A stretch of DNA of 63,238 nt, filler included, from Octopus bimaculoides (taxonomy: Eukaryota), in assembly GCF_001194135.2 (NCBI RefSeq). It is 6 parts of 6 records of this genome, joined end to end, with 100 filler letters (N's around TTAATTAATTAA, not from the genome) between each part and the next. Parts side by side here need not be neighbours in the genome. Positions count along the whole stretch, not along the records: positions 10,059 to 36,190 come from NC_069008.1; positions 36,291 to 49,388 come from NC_068982.1; positions 49,489 to 57,706 come from NC_068990.1; 3 more parts are not named here. One strand, written 5' to 3'. Both the position numbers and the translations under genes were made by a program. Shown here in pieces: positions 35,265-49,937 of the stretch. Numbering within the stretch: the stretch's first letter is position 1; each line of letters starts with the position of its first letter. The notes under the pieces are model-generated. The model was not told where the DNA came from and made no database searches. It saw only the letters and a list, made by a program, of their open reading frames with translations.

Positions 35265-35640
35265 CATTTAACATCTGTTGTCTGTGCTGGCATGGGCTGC
35301 ATGGCTCCAATCTGATTTGGCAGAGTTTCTACAGCTGGATGCCCTTCCTAACGCCAAACACTCCGAGAGTGTGTGGTGGGTGCTTTTTACATGCCATCAG
35401 CACAGGGGCCAGTCAGGCAGGCCTGGCAACGATCACATTCAGATAGTACTTTTTATGTGCCACCAGCATGGGGGTACTGGCATTGGCTATGTTCGGTCAG
35501 TGCTTTTTACATGCCACCAGTACAGGAGCCAGTCAGGCGGACCTGGCATTGACCACTTTTGAATAGTGCTTTTTACGTGCCTCTGGTACGGGAGACAGTC
35601 AGTGGGTGCTGGCATCAGCCACGTTCAGATGGTGCAGCCA
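35265..35640 (-). mobile_element. RTE-type 3' tail with four ~54-66-bp tandem units (similar copy at 40150-40590)
   Basis: GCTGGATGCCCTTCCTAA motif followed by units starting GTGCTTTTTACATGCC. Confidence 0.7.
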
Positions 35641-36141
35641 TGCTGGAGCACTGCCTTTAGTTGAACAAATCAACCCCAGGACTTATTCTTTGTAAGCCTG
35701 GGACTTATTCTGTTGGTCTCTTTTACTGAGCTGCTATATATTTTTTACTTGTTTCAATCATTTGACTGTGGCCATGCTGGGGCAAAGCCTTGATGAGTTA
35801 TTTACGGGGACATAAACACACCAACACCGATGGCGGCGGGGTGGCAAACACAGACACACATATATACATATATAAATATATATACACACACACACACACA
35901 CATATATATATACATATACATAATAATAACATTAGGGATAAAATCCAAAATTACAGGTAAAAACTCAATTAAAATCAATTAGTAGTCATTTTATTATCTT
36001 TATCTTATGATATTTACTTTGTATTATATTATACTCATTTATTGTGCTTTTAATTATTAATTGTTCTATATGTGACTTTGGATTTTCATCGATGAGTTCA
36101 TGAACCTTGGTTCTTTTCCCTAAAACTATATATATACATAT

Positions 36142-36190
<49 letters not shown>

Positions 36191-36290
36191 NNNNNNNNNN
36201 NNNNNNNNNNNNNNNNNNNNNNNNNNNNNNNNNNTTAATTAATTAANNNNNNNNNNNNNNNNNNNNNNNNNNNNNNNNNNNNNNNNNNNN

Positions 36291-36330
<40 letters not shown>

Positions 36331-36849
36331 TTCATCATCATCATTAGCAAGGGACTGAACTGCATCAGACCTCATTGTTAGCTTTGGCATGGTTTCTACC
36401 CTTACAATGTGTATTGGGTGTTTTTTTGTTTTTTTTTTGTGTGACAGTGGCACTAATGAGGTCACCAAGTAACTTGTAAGACAAAGTAAAGAAAGGAAAA
36501 GGGGAAAAAAATCCTTGTGGGAGTGGGAGTATATTTGAGAAGGTCAAGGTGGCTTTATACCAGGTGTTGAAGGCTAAAATATGATAGTGGGACAGGCACA
36601 AGTGCCTTGTTATAGAGGAAGTGCATGGCTACCCCATATTATGATAGGATGAGAGTAGTTTGGAAATAGAGATGATAGTGATAGTTTACTAGAGGACACC
36701 TTGAAGGTACAAGTAAGTAGAAGGGAGAATATAAATTGTGGATCAAGAAGGAAGGAAAGGATAGGGTGATTTCAATGATTTGGATGCTTCTCCCTTAAAT
36801 CCCAAGCTTTTGTCTTAAAAAAGGAAATACATTAGATAATGAAGTTTTA

Positions 36850-37062
36850 GGTGATCTAGCAGAAACGTTAGCGTGCCGGGCGAAATGCTTAGCGGTATTT
36901 TGTCTGTCTTTACGTTCTGAGTTTGAATTCTGCCGAGGTCAACTTTGCCTTTCATCCTTTCTGGGTCAATAAATTAAGTACCAGTTGCATACTGGGGTCC
37001 ATCTAATCGACTGGCCCCTTCCCACCAAAGTTTCAGGCCTTGTGCCTAAAATAGAAAAGAAT
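36850..37062 (+). mobile_element. Octopus-type tRNA-derived SINE (family also at 52321-52752, 60200-60360, 61250-61400)
   Basis: GCAGAAACGTTAGC..GCCGGGCGAAATGCTTAGCGGTATTT...GAGGTC.ACTTTGCCTTTCATCC...GGCCTTGTGCCT. Confidence 0.85.
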
Positions 37063-40000
37063 TAATCCTAAAAAGACTAAATGATCACAGCTAAGATACC
37101 TTAGCTCTTAAGTCTGCTTCATTAAAGCTACCCTACAACAACAACTTTGTATTTTTTTTTACATAATTGATTTTAGTCAGTGAGTAAGGCCATACTAGAG
37201 CACCACTTTCATATCAACTCCTGTATTTTTTTTTATCAGTCTATATTTACCAAATCACTAAATTATTCTTTTAGACATCACTCTGGTTTTAACTGGTGAT
37301 GTGTGAAACATGTAAACTTAAACATCGTCACCTGTGTTCTCCACCACCATCACCACTACCACCACACACATACACATTATCCTCATTTTACATATATTTT
37401 TCATGCTGGTATGGATTGGACAAATCATTATGATCTGAGTTCCTATTGAGGGATACTGCTCTCATAGACTGATGTTTGTACATGTGTCATTTTGACTTGG
37501 TTTTCATAGTTACATGCCCTTCCTAATACCAATCACTTTATAGCCTGTACATTTTCTCATGGCACCAGCACTAGACAGGTTGATAAGTCATTGAGAGACA
37601 AGTGTGAAAGTACCTCACAACGTTACATGTTCTGTTTATTATGTGTATTCAGTATATTTTTTGTGACACCAGCATTAAGGAAAGTGTTAAGTCTTTGGTG
37701 AGCTGGGACTAAGAAACATCTCAACCCTACTATACCTTTGCTCATTCACTAATTAGTCTAAAGTATACAGGAAAGATTGAGATCAGGGAAATTTCTATCA
37801 TGGCACCAGTATGTAGGATGAAGTGGGTGGGTGGGTTTGTACACTGTAAGTGTAGTGAATAATCAATAACCTAAAATCACTTAAGTAATTTAACCAAGGA
37901 GGGGAACAGTAGAAGACCAAAATGGGAGAGTGAAAGGAGCAAGACTGGAATGGTAGAGGCACAGTTACTGAGATGGTGATGAAAGAGAGGTGATGAGCAA
38001 TAACAGTAGTGGACACAGCAAGAATAGTTGATGGGTGATAAATAGAAGTGATGCAAGTGAGAGAGAGTGATGAGCACTAGTTGAGATGGACATTGCAAGA
38101 ATAGGAGACAGCTAACAAATAAAAGCGGCCCAGATGAAGAGAGTAATGGATGTCTGTAGAAATATATTGAAGTTTTATTTGTTTTGTTAAATATTTAATT
38201 CACAAAAAATCCTGGTATGCATATTCAGTTCACCCATTTTCTATTGTCTTAGCTTTAAATTTTAGTTGTTGTTGTTCTTTCATTATGGAAACTAGAAAAT
38301 AACTCTTAGTATCACTAAATAACTCCTAGTAATAACTCCTATTATGTAATAATAATAACTCCTTACTATGTTTCAATCTAATGTTGTGTTTAACCCAATG
38401 TCAGTTCTGATTAAGGAAACCTAAGATCAAAAGCATTTCAGCTAAAACCATTTCTTTCCGTTTTTAAAATATCTCTTTTTATTACAAATATTGTATTTTG
38501 AGCAATATTGTCTAATGTCTCTTCAGAGAGTGTGATTTGGAGGCATTTGGCTGCTATTTTTAGATGTTTGAGTGACCACTAGTCAGTTATAGAAACAGTA
38601 GAAAGATTTCAGAATTTGAGAATGGAGCAGCAAAGAAGCCATTACTCAGAAGATTTAGCTATTGATAGACATGAATTATTTGGTATTTCAGATAAACTGG
38701 GAAGCTATTTCCTTGCAATCTAAATTCCCAGATGCAACTGATATTGATAGTTAACATCTATAAAAAGGCCATGAAGGCTCACTTAAAGGGTGGAACTAGT
38801 AAAATTGCAGCACAAAGAATTCAGAATATTTGTAAATAGTTTTAAAAATGTACTTTTTTCTGGGTGGAATTTAGGAGTTTCTGCATTAACGTGTAGAGAT
38901 GTATATATAAACCATCTGACAGAATTAATTATATAGTCACAAAAGGCAAAAGACAGAACTTGAGTAAAAAATGCAATTAATCTATTGTATCATTAACTTG
39001 ACTATATTCAAGATTAACCATTAAATAATGAAAAATGTTGGTCCTTGAATATCACAAATAAATTTAAACTCTGTTTTGAATATAGAACTGAGATGGATAA
39101 AACTGTTGTTAAAAGCATTTTGTTCTGTAATGTGTCTACGTAACAGAGTATCATACTGTGTTCTCGTACATAAAATGGTTATTCTATGGGTATCAGTAGG
39201 TATTCTGAGCATGTTGATTTCTTTTTCCAGTTGTCCACTCTGATTTTACATGGTTCTGGTAGTGGTATCATATAAACATAGATGAAGTGAGCTTGATTTC
39301 AGCATGTCAATTGCTGTTCTTCTATGCTTGTCATTGGGCTGGGCTGAAGGGATTGTTGAAGCTGAAGCTATTTTGAATGATCATCATCACTAGTATTTAA
39401 TGTTTGCCTGGAGGTTGCATCATGCTCCAGTGTTTGTTTTCACATGATTTTTATAGCTGGATACCCTTTCTAATGTCAGTTACTTTATAGAGTGTACTGG
39501 ATATTTTTTCATTGACAGCAGCACTCGTGAGGTCACCATTTAACTTGCAAAGCTAAAGAGCTCCCTTGACTGAGATAGTAGATATCATAGAGAGGAAGGT
39601 GACTTTATACTTGGTGCTGAGAGGTTAAATGGTGATAACAGGAACAGGCTGCCCCACATTATATAATAATGACTGGTGGGAGTTATGGATTTTTTTATAG
39701 TTGTATGGACTAAGTGGACGTGGTAGTATTTTCAGGATGGTGTTGTAGTTGTATTCTGGGATATTGTAGAAATGTCTGTAGCTATGTGATTTTGTACTTT
39801 GATTGGAAACAGGTAAGGGTTGTAAAGAGGAAGGGCATCCATGCATACAAAATCTGCCTTCAGCAAATTCTGTCTGACATATGTAAGCATGGAAAAGTGG
39901 GTGTTAAAACAATAATGTTGATGTTTGTGTTAAGTTTGAATTGCACATGCAGGTGTAAGAATTGTGAAATATTCCTCACATGTCCAGATGATGTTTTATT

Positions 40001-40932
40001 ATTTGTATTTTTGCTTCATTGTGTAGGTGGTTTCTAGGTATAATATATGTATATCTTGTGATGATGTGAAAGGTAATATTTTATACTTTTTTTCTTATTT
40101 GTTATGGAGAAGTTGGTTAGGGTCAGACACTGCTGGCAAAAAACGATAATGATGATGATGATGATCATCGTTTAATGGCTGTTTTCCATGCTGGCATGGG
40201 TTGGACAGTTCGACTGGGGACTGGCAGGCCAGGAGGCTGCACCAGGCTCCAATCTGATCTGGCAAGGTTTTTACAGCTGGATGCCCTTCCTAATGCCAAC
40301 CACTCCAAAAGTGTAGTGGGTGCTTTTTACATACCACCGGCACGGCAGCCTGTCAGGGCAGCACTGGCATCGGGCACATGTTCAGATGATGCTTTTTACA
40401 TGCTACTGGCACAGGAACAAATCGGAAGTGGGGGAGCTGACATCGACTACATTTGGATGGTGCTTTTTACGTACCACCGGCACGGGAAGCCAGTCAGGCG
40501 GCACTGGCAACAATCCACAGATGAATGGTGCTTATTGCAGCCACCAGCACAGGAGCCAGTCAGGCAGCACTGGCATCAGCCACAACTACAATTTCCATTT
40601 TGATTTCGGTTTGATTCAGATTCTGATTCTGAATGTGCACTTGGAAAGAGGTATCATCACTCATGTTGATACCCAGGTCCCTCACTGATTTAGGCTCTGG
40701 GATTGAAATATTTATATATTCTATACTTAATTCACATGGATTTGGAGTTCCAAGAAGTGTTCCATTTACCAGTAGTTTGTCTAGTTAAGAGGATTTTAGT
40801 ATTTTGTTTATAATTGAGGAACAAGGAATAGTTATACTTTGTTGATGTTGATATTTGTTAGGATGGTGAGTACAGAGTATATTAATTGAAGTCTGAAAAT
40901 AAAAATGCCAAATGCACATTTTCCATTTAGGC

Positions 40933-42950
40933 TAGTGTTTCTCAGACTTTTCATATTATCACCACCTTTCATAAGCACTCCAAAAATGGTTGTGAAAATT
41001 ACATTTAAATAAAGTATTTTTATTTAGCTGCTTATGCAACTAAAAACATAATTGTAATAATATAAGTCTATAATATTTAAAATTACTTCATTTATTAAAG
41101 TGAAGAGCAAGCCTAATGTCATGAGACTAATATTTCCATATTTTGCTCATTGTTAGTAAGCAGCATTCTTTAATTGCCCCATTCTGCTATTTGCAGTGGG
41201 ATTTTTTATGTCCAAAGATCTATAACAATATTAAATCCATCTTCAACTAAATATGAAGAACTTTTACCCGCTAGCCCATAATCTAGGATAAAGATTCATA
41301 ATTTCATACTGCAATCTTTAATAATGTTCTCCATTCTTAAACTTGAGCTTCAACTCTCTATTGATTTAAAAAAATTTAATCAAGCTTCTACACTATAGAA
41401 GAGCCATTTAATGATACAAAGCTATTAAATTCACTTTAAGCTTTATTTCATGAGGTGTCAAAATTTTCATTGCACAGCTGCGACTTGGTCACTGACACAA
41501 CAAATTTAACAGCTTCATGTGTTATTAAATGGCTTTTTCACAAAGTAATTTCCTCAATTTCAACACATGGTCTCAGATTAAGTCACTTGGTAGACATAAA
41601 CAATTCAAAAACCTGTAATTCAGTCAATTCTTCTTGTAATTTCATTTCTGCTTTCCAAATATTTGAAAATGGATCTAAAGCCCAATCCAGATCTTTAAAT
41701 CATTTGGAGAATTCTTATGTGAAGCTTCCCAATGGTGATGGTAGACCTCAATATCTTCATCATATATTTCTATTAATTTTCTTTGAGTGCAGAAAGACTT
41801 AGAAACTGGTAAAATTCTCTTCTCGTATTGCATTTGAGCAGAATAAGATTTGAAACAAATATACACTTGACAGCTTTCTGTTTTAAGGAAATGCTGTTCA
41901 TTTTACAGATGCAAATTTGTTTAATTAAACTTGAAATATAAATTTGACATATAAGCTATGTCACATTTAAACTTTTGCGACTTGTTTTGCATGAAAACAT
42001 CATTAATTTCTATGAATTCCAAAACTGTCACAAAAACCCCGCTAAAAACAGCAACCAATGAACTTCAGTTTGGAATAGCAAGTGATTAAACACCTCATTG
42101 TTTTGTTCATGCAGCTATCCAAATAATCTGTCAATAATTCAGAGAATTGTTTCTAATTTTGTTATTTGTTGTAACGATGTATTGCAATGAGCTTTGTAAG
42201 CAATCGCTAAGGTTGTTTTGCAACTGTCGTTAATGAGTTATGTATTGCACTGCCAATACATTTGACACTATGTTGTTAAGTATGCAATGAATCAACTGAG
42301 CCATTCTACTATCAGTTTAGTTCCATCATTTGAAACTATCATATTTATAAGAGGTATCTCTTTTTCATTAAAAAAACCCTTCCATAACAAGAAATATGAA
42401 CATTACTTCAGTATTTGTTACCAAATGTCTGACATATAATAATTCTTGAGTTGTTTTCTCTTCATCAAGCTATCAGTAAGGTTTCATTGCCCAGTAAGAT
42501 TGATTAAAATTGAGCAGCCCTCAGAAAATTGTATAACGTGACTTCTACATCCTTATCCATTTCATCAATTCATCATTGTATTATTTGCTCAGAGGAATTT
42601 TTTTAATTATATTTTTTACTAGTAGGATCAGTTTATTGCCCGTACTATGTGACTTTCTGGATTTGGCAATCTGTAATGTGAATGAAAACATACTTGACTA
42701 CATTGGCTGTTTGTGAAATTGATCATGAAGTACTTTAAAATATGATAAATCTTTATTTTTCTTGTCAGTATGTTTTTCTCTTTTTTTGGTCAAGCACTCT
42801 TCTAGTGTTGAAGCTTTCATAGATCCATTGGAAATTACTTTTGGCTAATCAGGCAAAATTATTCAATACTTCCATGATTTATTCAATACTGTACTGCCAA
42901 TATTTCACAATACTCTCATTGTGATAGATCTATAAAAGATGTAGTTTATA
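40933..42950 (-). mobile_element. Decayed hAT (Buster/Charlie, ZBED5/SCAND3-like) transposon
   Basis: Minus translations IDEMDKDVE, LLGNETLLIA, VAKNNLSDCLQSSLQYIV..NKIRNNSLN..LF..L.E.N.EVFNHLLFQTEVHWL, SSYLVEDGF; TIR-like TAGTGTTTCTCAGACTTT at 40933. Confidence 0.75.
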
Positions 42951-43399
42951 GATAAGTGGATTATCATTTAATTTTTATATTTATATTGTTCATTAATAGG
43001 TGTGCTCATGACTGCACGGAAAGAAATTTGTTTCCTCACTACATGGTTCCAGGTTTACTCCCACTGCATGATACCTTGGGCAAGCGCCTCCTACTATAGC
43101 TCCAGGCTGACCAAAGCATTGCAAGTGGATTTAGTAGAAGGAAACTGAAAGTAGCACATCATATATAAGTGGATATATCTATGTGGCTTTGTTCCCCCCC
43201 CCCCACCATTGTTTGACAATTGCTGTTGGTTTGCATACGTTCCTGTAACTTAGTGGTTTACCGAAAATAACTGATAGAATAAGTACCAAGCTTTAAAAAC
43301 TAAGTACTGGGGTGGGTTGAGTTAATGTTAATTCATTCAACCAAATCCTTTCAAGGCAGTATCCTAAGAAGACTAAATTCCAAGTAAAATATAAAAGAA

Positions 43400-43600
43400 T
43401 AGACCATGCTGTGTGTTTAACAGAAGTCACAATTTTTGCAGTCTTTGTCTCTTGCCTGTCCCTTGCTCTCCAATGCCTTCAACAGCATCTTGACTTTGAG
43501 TGTCCTTTTAGAGTCCTCCAGTGTCCTCAAAGAGATGATAGTACCCACTTTAAGAATCACTTATTTAAAACATGAAGCCATCAACCCATCAAGTAGTCTG
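43400..43600 (-). mobile_element. Very degenerate RTE RT fragment
   Basis: Minus translation LKVKMLLKALESKG resembles the WKxGLESKGLRVN segment seen at 32372-32602. Confidence 0.35.
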
Positions 43601-45335
43601 TGTAAGGTGTGTAAGTATTGTTGGCAATGGACAGAGTCTGTTACAGGCTGGAAAGCAAAATGTGTGGTTTGGGGGTGTTAAAGGTATTTCTAGGGTCTTT
43701 GGTTTTTACACATAGAAGGGTACTGTTTGAAACAATTTGGATTAGGGTCTTGTTAAAATTTAGAATTGCTTTAATTTTGCCCTATCCCTAAATTCTGTGG
43801 ATTTGGTAGTTTTGATATGTGTAGTTGAAAATGTTACTGATTGCAAGCTTGATACGTGTTCATGATTTTATCAGGCCCTCAGAGTTTTAGGATTTTTCTT
43901 ATACTTTGGAAAGATGTTAAAGTTGTGATCCAGATGAATATACTTTTTTCTTCTGACTTCTTTGAGCTTTTGGTTACTGATTTTGGCAAATCATCATCAT
44001 CATCATCATCTTTTAACATCCATTGTCCATGCTGGTATGGGTTGGACAAGTGTTCATTAATTGTTGAACTGTGACTATGGTGTCGTGTGTTGTGGTATTG
44101 CAATAGAACTGTTGTTATTGATAATCATTTTATACAATACTTTACTAATTTCTTCATGGTTTTTGTTGGAGACAAATATTTAAAAGTTTTCGATTTATGT
44201 TTCTCCTTATTTTAGTTACTTGATATTGAGTTTTGTTTCATTTGGTTCTTGTGCTTTTTTTAATGTTGTGTTGTTCCCTTGGCCAAGGTGAATTTTACCT
44301 CCTCTTGCCTCATTTTCCCTACATGAAAACAGCTGCATTCCTTCTTCACATTTGAGTGGTTAGTTGTAGCAAATACACTGTTAAATACGACTGTTAAAAC
44401 AGTTGCTACAACTGTATGCTAAACTCAAACCATCAATATTAACCTAACAAAACAAACAACAGATGAGACAGAAAAAAAAAAACATTTTTTAAGTTATAAG
44501 TGTTTGTGGAGAAATATGTAACTGGATGTCATGAAATTTAAATTGTAACAAGTTTGATAATTATACTTTTAATTTAACAAAAGTAATAAATTGAAGTTTT
44601 AAATGTTAAACATTTATTTAACATTTGAAATGCTTAACAAATATTAATCATGTGTATGTCATGCAGTTATTTCAAATATGTAATTTTTGTAATAATTCAA
44701 AAATAGTTAGTTGATAATGTCAGTCGTTTTATGTCATCAAATTATGCTAAAACACGTACATTTAAACATTAAGTTTTATCTGTATAATATTTTGAACAAT
44801 ATAACTTCAACAAATATTCAATTTTAAATTGTAAGTCAAATTTTTGATTCTTTTTATTTTATTTATTTTTTTTTTCTTGTCAATTTGGTTATTCTTATAT
44901 TAGATCAACATTAATACAACTCCAAGCCTTTTAGCTTTACTTTCCTTATGCAAAAACATAAAAACCTATAATGTTTAGTTCTGCTGCTCCTCAGAATTTG
45001 CAAGTATTTTATTAAAGAATACATTTTATGAAAGAAGTCATTCTATAGAATTTACATTTTCAAGCAATTTTACAGAACTCTTTGTTGCTGTCTTTGTTAG
45101 AATAAATTATAATTCTTTAAGACATGAAATGCCTGCATATATATAAAGTGTATATGTAACATATTTAATGCAATGTATGCATGTAATGTAGTATGTAACA
45201 TATGAAAGCAATGTTTGTAATGTATGGAAACAATGTAATGTGTGCATGCAATATAGGTGTGTGTGTAATGTATGCTTGTAAATAATACTTGTATGCATAT
45301 GTGTAATCTATGCATATAATGTTTGTATGGATGTA

Positions 45336-46545
45336 CAGGGGTTGGACAAAATAATGCATTTGGCAGTAATTACAGCCAAATTCTATGAGATATGGACTCA
45401 TACAAAGTTTGAATAGTTTCCAACGAAATTTTTGTCCATTTTACATCTAAAACAGTCTCCAGTTCTTGTAGTGATGATGGTGGAGGATATTGACTCCTTA
45501 CTTGTTTTTCTAAAATGCATCATATATGTTGAATAATATTAAGGTCTGAGGACTGGGGTGGCCAGATAAGATGTTCAACTTCACTAGAATGTTCCTCATG
45601 CCATTCAGTAACAACTTCAGCTCTGTGAATTGGTGCATTATCATCCTGAAAGATTGCATTTCCCTCCGGAAACAGTTCCACAAACATAGGATGAATTTGA
45701 TCAGGTAAAATACTTAAATAGTCTTGACTATTAATTCTGCTGTGAAGGGAAACCATTGGGCTGAGGGATTTCCAAGATATACCCCACCGGATCATCATAG
45801 ATCCTCCTCCATGTTTAACAGTTGGAAGAAGGCAGTCTGAGTCAAATGCTTCTTTTGGCTGGCTCCACACGTATACTCGGCCAGTGGTTGGAAATAGGGT
45901 AACGGATGACTCGTCTGAGAAAATAACATTATTTCCACTGGTCTAGGGAACAATTCTGTAGGTTTTACTTCACTCTAAATGCTTTGCAACATTTGTTTTT
46001 GAAAGTAGTGGTTTTCTGATTGCAGCCTTCCCATGAAATCCAGCTTTGTGCAGCTCCTGGCAAATGGTTTTTGTGGAAACTGAGTTCTCGAGGTGGTCAT
46101 TAAGCTCTGCAGTAATTTTGGGAGCTGTACTTTTGTGATCCTTTCTAACAATTCGTGTAAGAGTCCGACAGTCCCTATCTGAAAGTTTTGGTTTTCTTCC
46201 AGAATTTTGTTTTGACAAAGAGGTTTTTCCCTCTTTATCAAAGACTGTCATTACTTTCGAGACAGTACTTCTTGATACACCAAATATTTCTGCTGTTTTC
46301 GTTATGCTAACACCTGCCATACAAGCACCAACAATTTGACCTCTTTGAAAGTCTGATAGATCTGTCATTTTAATGAATTTTAATTACCTTTTTCTTATGA
46401 TATCTGAAAAGAAACAGCAATTATAGCAAAACATTGATAATAAATTAAAGACCATAAAAATAAATAAACTTTTGACAGTTTAATAAATATTTCAAAATTA
46501 TAATGCTATGATGCTAGGTGTTTCCATTATTTTGTCCAACCCCTG
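45336..46545 (-). mobile_element. Tc1-family (DD34E) transposon, 1210 bp, inactivated
   Basis: Perfect 21-bp TIRs CAGGGGTTGGACAAAATAATG with TA on both sides; transposase from 46368 with paired-type HTH, GRKPKL, VIFSDES, VKHGGGS, FQDDNAPIH, WPPQSSDLNIIQ (E>Q); stop at 45970 and frameshifts. Confidence 0.92.
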
Positions 46546-46982
46546 TATGTATATAATGTATGCATAGGTGCATTATGGTCAGAAGGTTAAGAAATTTGCT
46601 TTGCAAATACGAAGTCCTGGCTTTGATCCTCTGCATGGCGTCTTGGACAAGTGTTACTTTTTATACAGCTTCAGGTTGACCTACATCTTGTGAGTGAAAC
46701 TGGATCAATAGAAACTGTGCAGAAGCTGGTCAGATGGTCTGTAATTCAAATGTTTGGCCTGGCTGCACTGTGTTATACTAATTTTACTAAGTATTACAAT
46801 AAGGGTACACAAGTCTGTGGAATACTCATCCACTTACATGCTAATTCAATGAGCTTAACTGATCAAACAACTGACAACTTATTGGAAATTCTCACCTCAA
46901 TCCATTTATTATTTCTAATATACATTTGTATATAATATATGCATGTAATATATACATGTAATGTATATATATNNNNNNNNNN

Positions 46983-47022
<40 letters not shown>

Positions 47023-48377
47023 CTATGTATGTATTGTATATATATGTAATGAATGTATGTGTATTTAATATATACTTATTCTAATGGAGCATGTGTAAAT
47101 ATATCTATACTTATATTATAAATCCTGCCAGCACTTCCTCTTTGAACTCGAAGTAGCTCATTCCTCACTCAGCATTTTATACCAATCAACTCTCTAAAGT
47201 GATGGAATAAAATTAATTCAAACCTCAAATAGTCTCTTACATCAACCATTTTTTGGAATGTGAAACAAAGTGTAAGAGAGAGATGGAGGAAAGGGAGAGA
47301 GAAGGGGTGGGAGTAAGGAGTGAAAGAGAGGAGGAGGGGAGCGAGAGAGAGGGGAGGGAGCGAGAGGGAGGGGAGGGGAGCAAATAGAGAGAGAGAAAGA
47401 GAGAGAGAGAGGGAGAGAGCAATGTTTTCCATCTGCTGTATCACTGCATAATGATATTCCTTCATGTTAGGTGACATCATGGTTTCCTCCATGTAAGGTG
47501 AATATTGACTAGTCTCAGTTTTCAACAAGGAAGCTATTAGAAGGTTGCTCATATCAAATGGAAATAGGAACCAATTCTTTCACATAACATCTTATCATCT
47601 TAAAGGATACCTTTCATCATAAGTCTGTTTAGTTGGGGTTGATGGGTTGAACAACAATGACCGAGTTTACTTCAAGTTAGAGAGTGATTCCTTCTATGCA
47701 GTTGCTTGGCCTCAAATCACACTTAAATTGGTAAAGGACATAACGAGCAATTTGATTGTATATGTACACAAAGGTGAAATAATACATATAAACTAGAAAA
47801 CTACTTACAGGGTGATGTTTCTCTTAGCATTTGTAATATACTATATGTAATGTGTACATATATTATGTATTGCATGTTATGCAATGTTTACTGTGCAACA
47901 TTTTATGTAATGTACACTGTGTAATATATGCTGGGTACTTTGTTATATAATGTGTGTTATGCAAAGTATGTATGTAATGTATATATATCTAAAATACCTA
48001 TGTAACTTTGTAAGTAAATTTAAGATTAACTCTAGCCCTAATTTATATGTAATATAGTACCAATTTGTCTTCTAATTAAATGTCTCGCATTGACTATTTA
48101 TTGATCCAGTAGACTATCTTCAGGAGAAAATGATGAAATTCAAATATTAATAACTCAATCTTTATCTCTGCAAGATAATTCTACTTCTGTATAGTCTAAA
48201 ATTATTTCTTATCTATACAATTTCCAGTTCTTTGAATGAGGGCAAACATGTACTATACATTCATTTCAACAATAGTATATACAGCAGTTACTGATAACAG
48301 ATGGTTTTGAATGGGTGAAGATTTAATCTGAATTGTGCTTCCATTTGATGTTTATTCAGTTTTGTTAAAGATCTTAA

Positions 48378-49352
48378 TCACTTTGGCAACCTATCTTTGG
48401 AATTCTGATCTAACAAATAAAAACAAATAATAATAGAAAACACATGCTTAATGTGAATTTACAACAATTCACATCTGAGCCAATATTTATGGAAGTTTCT
48501 ACTTCCAAATAAAAATGGGTTGGTCTATTTTCAAAATAATTTTAAAATTAATTTAGCAAATAGAATTATGATGCCTATATTTCATTATTTCCTCTTTGGC
48601 TGTTCATAATTATTAAGTAATCAATGATGAATTTTATCAACTTAAGGAGAAGAGAGAAAACCAGATGTGGTATCCACTAACAAAGAAAACCATCGATATT
48701 CACAACTATTAACATAGTATTATAGTTGAAGTGAAATTAGTTAAGCCAGGTCATTAATACATTTCACTAATAATTTATCTTCAGAACCCTTACCTCTGGT
48801 GTGAATGGTGTTAGAATAATATATTTTTTCCCCATATATTTTAATATAATAGTATACTGTTAAGCATTATGAGGAAAATAGATCTTTCAAAGTCCCAAAA
48901 TTCCATAGTCACATTTAGTTTAAATATATGATAACTGTGACACAATACTCTTTATTTTTATCTTTTTGCTTTAATTTTACTTTTAGTGAAATGTTCATTA
49001 AAATAACATATTATGGTTTCCTGCAGTTCAGTAAATAGTTAACATTTCAATTGACATATTGCTTATATGTATATCTTACTTTTTTTAATGTAGTGGTGCT
49101 TGGTAGCAGCAATGATAGTAATTCTCTGTCTGTGTCCCCTTCTGCTTATATTACCACTACTACTATAGTGGATTTTTCAATTTAGCCTTGTCAGTTCCAT
49201 TACTAATACTCAGTTTATCTCTGTTTCTCTGACTTATAACATTTAGTGAGAGAAAAAGAAAGGGAGAGAGAAAGATCTTTGTTTTCTCTGTTACTCTCTA
49301 TTTTTCTCTACATCTCTCTTCTCTCTTTCTCCCTGTCTCTCTCACTTTGTAT

Positions 49353-49388
<36 letters not shown>

Positions 49389-49488
49389 NNNNNNNNNNNN
49401 NNNNNNNNNNNNNNNNNNNNNNNNNNNNNNNNTTAATTAATTAANNNNNNNNNNNNNNNNNNNNNNNNNNNNNNNNNNNNNNNNNNNN

Positions 49489-49537
<49 letters not shown>

Positions 49538-49895
49538 TAATAGATAGATAGATAGATATTGATATAGCTGTATAGGTATTGTTTTTGGTGGCAGGCATGA
49601 TATAATACTCTTTATAATCTTCCCTGATAATATTCATTTATCTACTTCTATGGGTATTTCAAAAATCACTGTGCATCAAGCTAAACACTTTACAACTTAT
49701 TTTGAAAATCACCTCAATGTTGTTTTGACAATGTTGTTTGTTATTGTTGTTGCTATCATTGCCTTCCTCTTTTCATCATCATCATTACCATTACTGCTGG
49801 GGTGGTCACCATCACCACCACCACCATCATCATCACAAGAAGCAGAGGTAGCAACAATATCCTTTTTTAACACCAACACACAAAAATATACACAC

Positions 49896-49937
<42 letters not shown>

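Noticed and set aside
35380-35640. Repeat-spacer-like array suggesting CRISPR
   Set aside because: Eukaryotic context, units homologous along their full length, embedded in an RTE tail, no cas genes.
39021-39390. Possible exon(s) around the 63-aa minus ORF
   Set aside because: No convincing splice-site pair or homology; length is compatible with chance.
47169-47552. 127-aa minus ORF
   Set aside because: Half is (GA)n/purine-rich low complexity; the rest has no motif and lies downstream of the candidate gene's stop.
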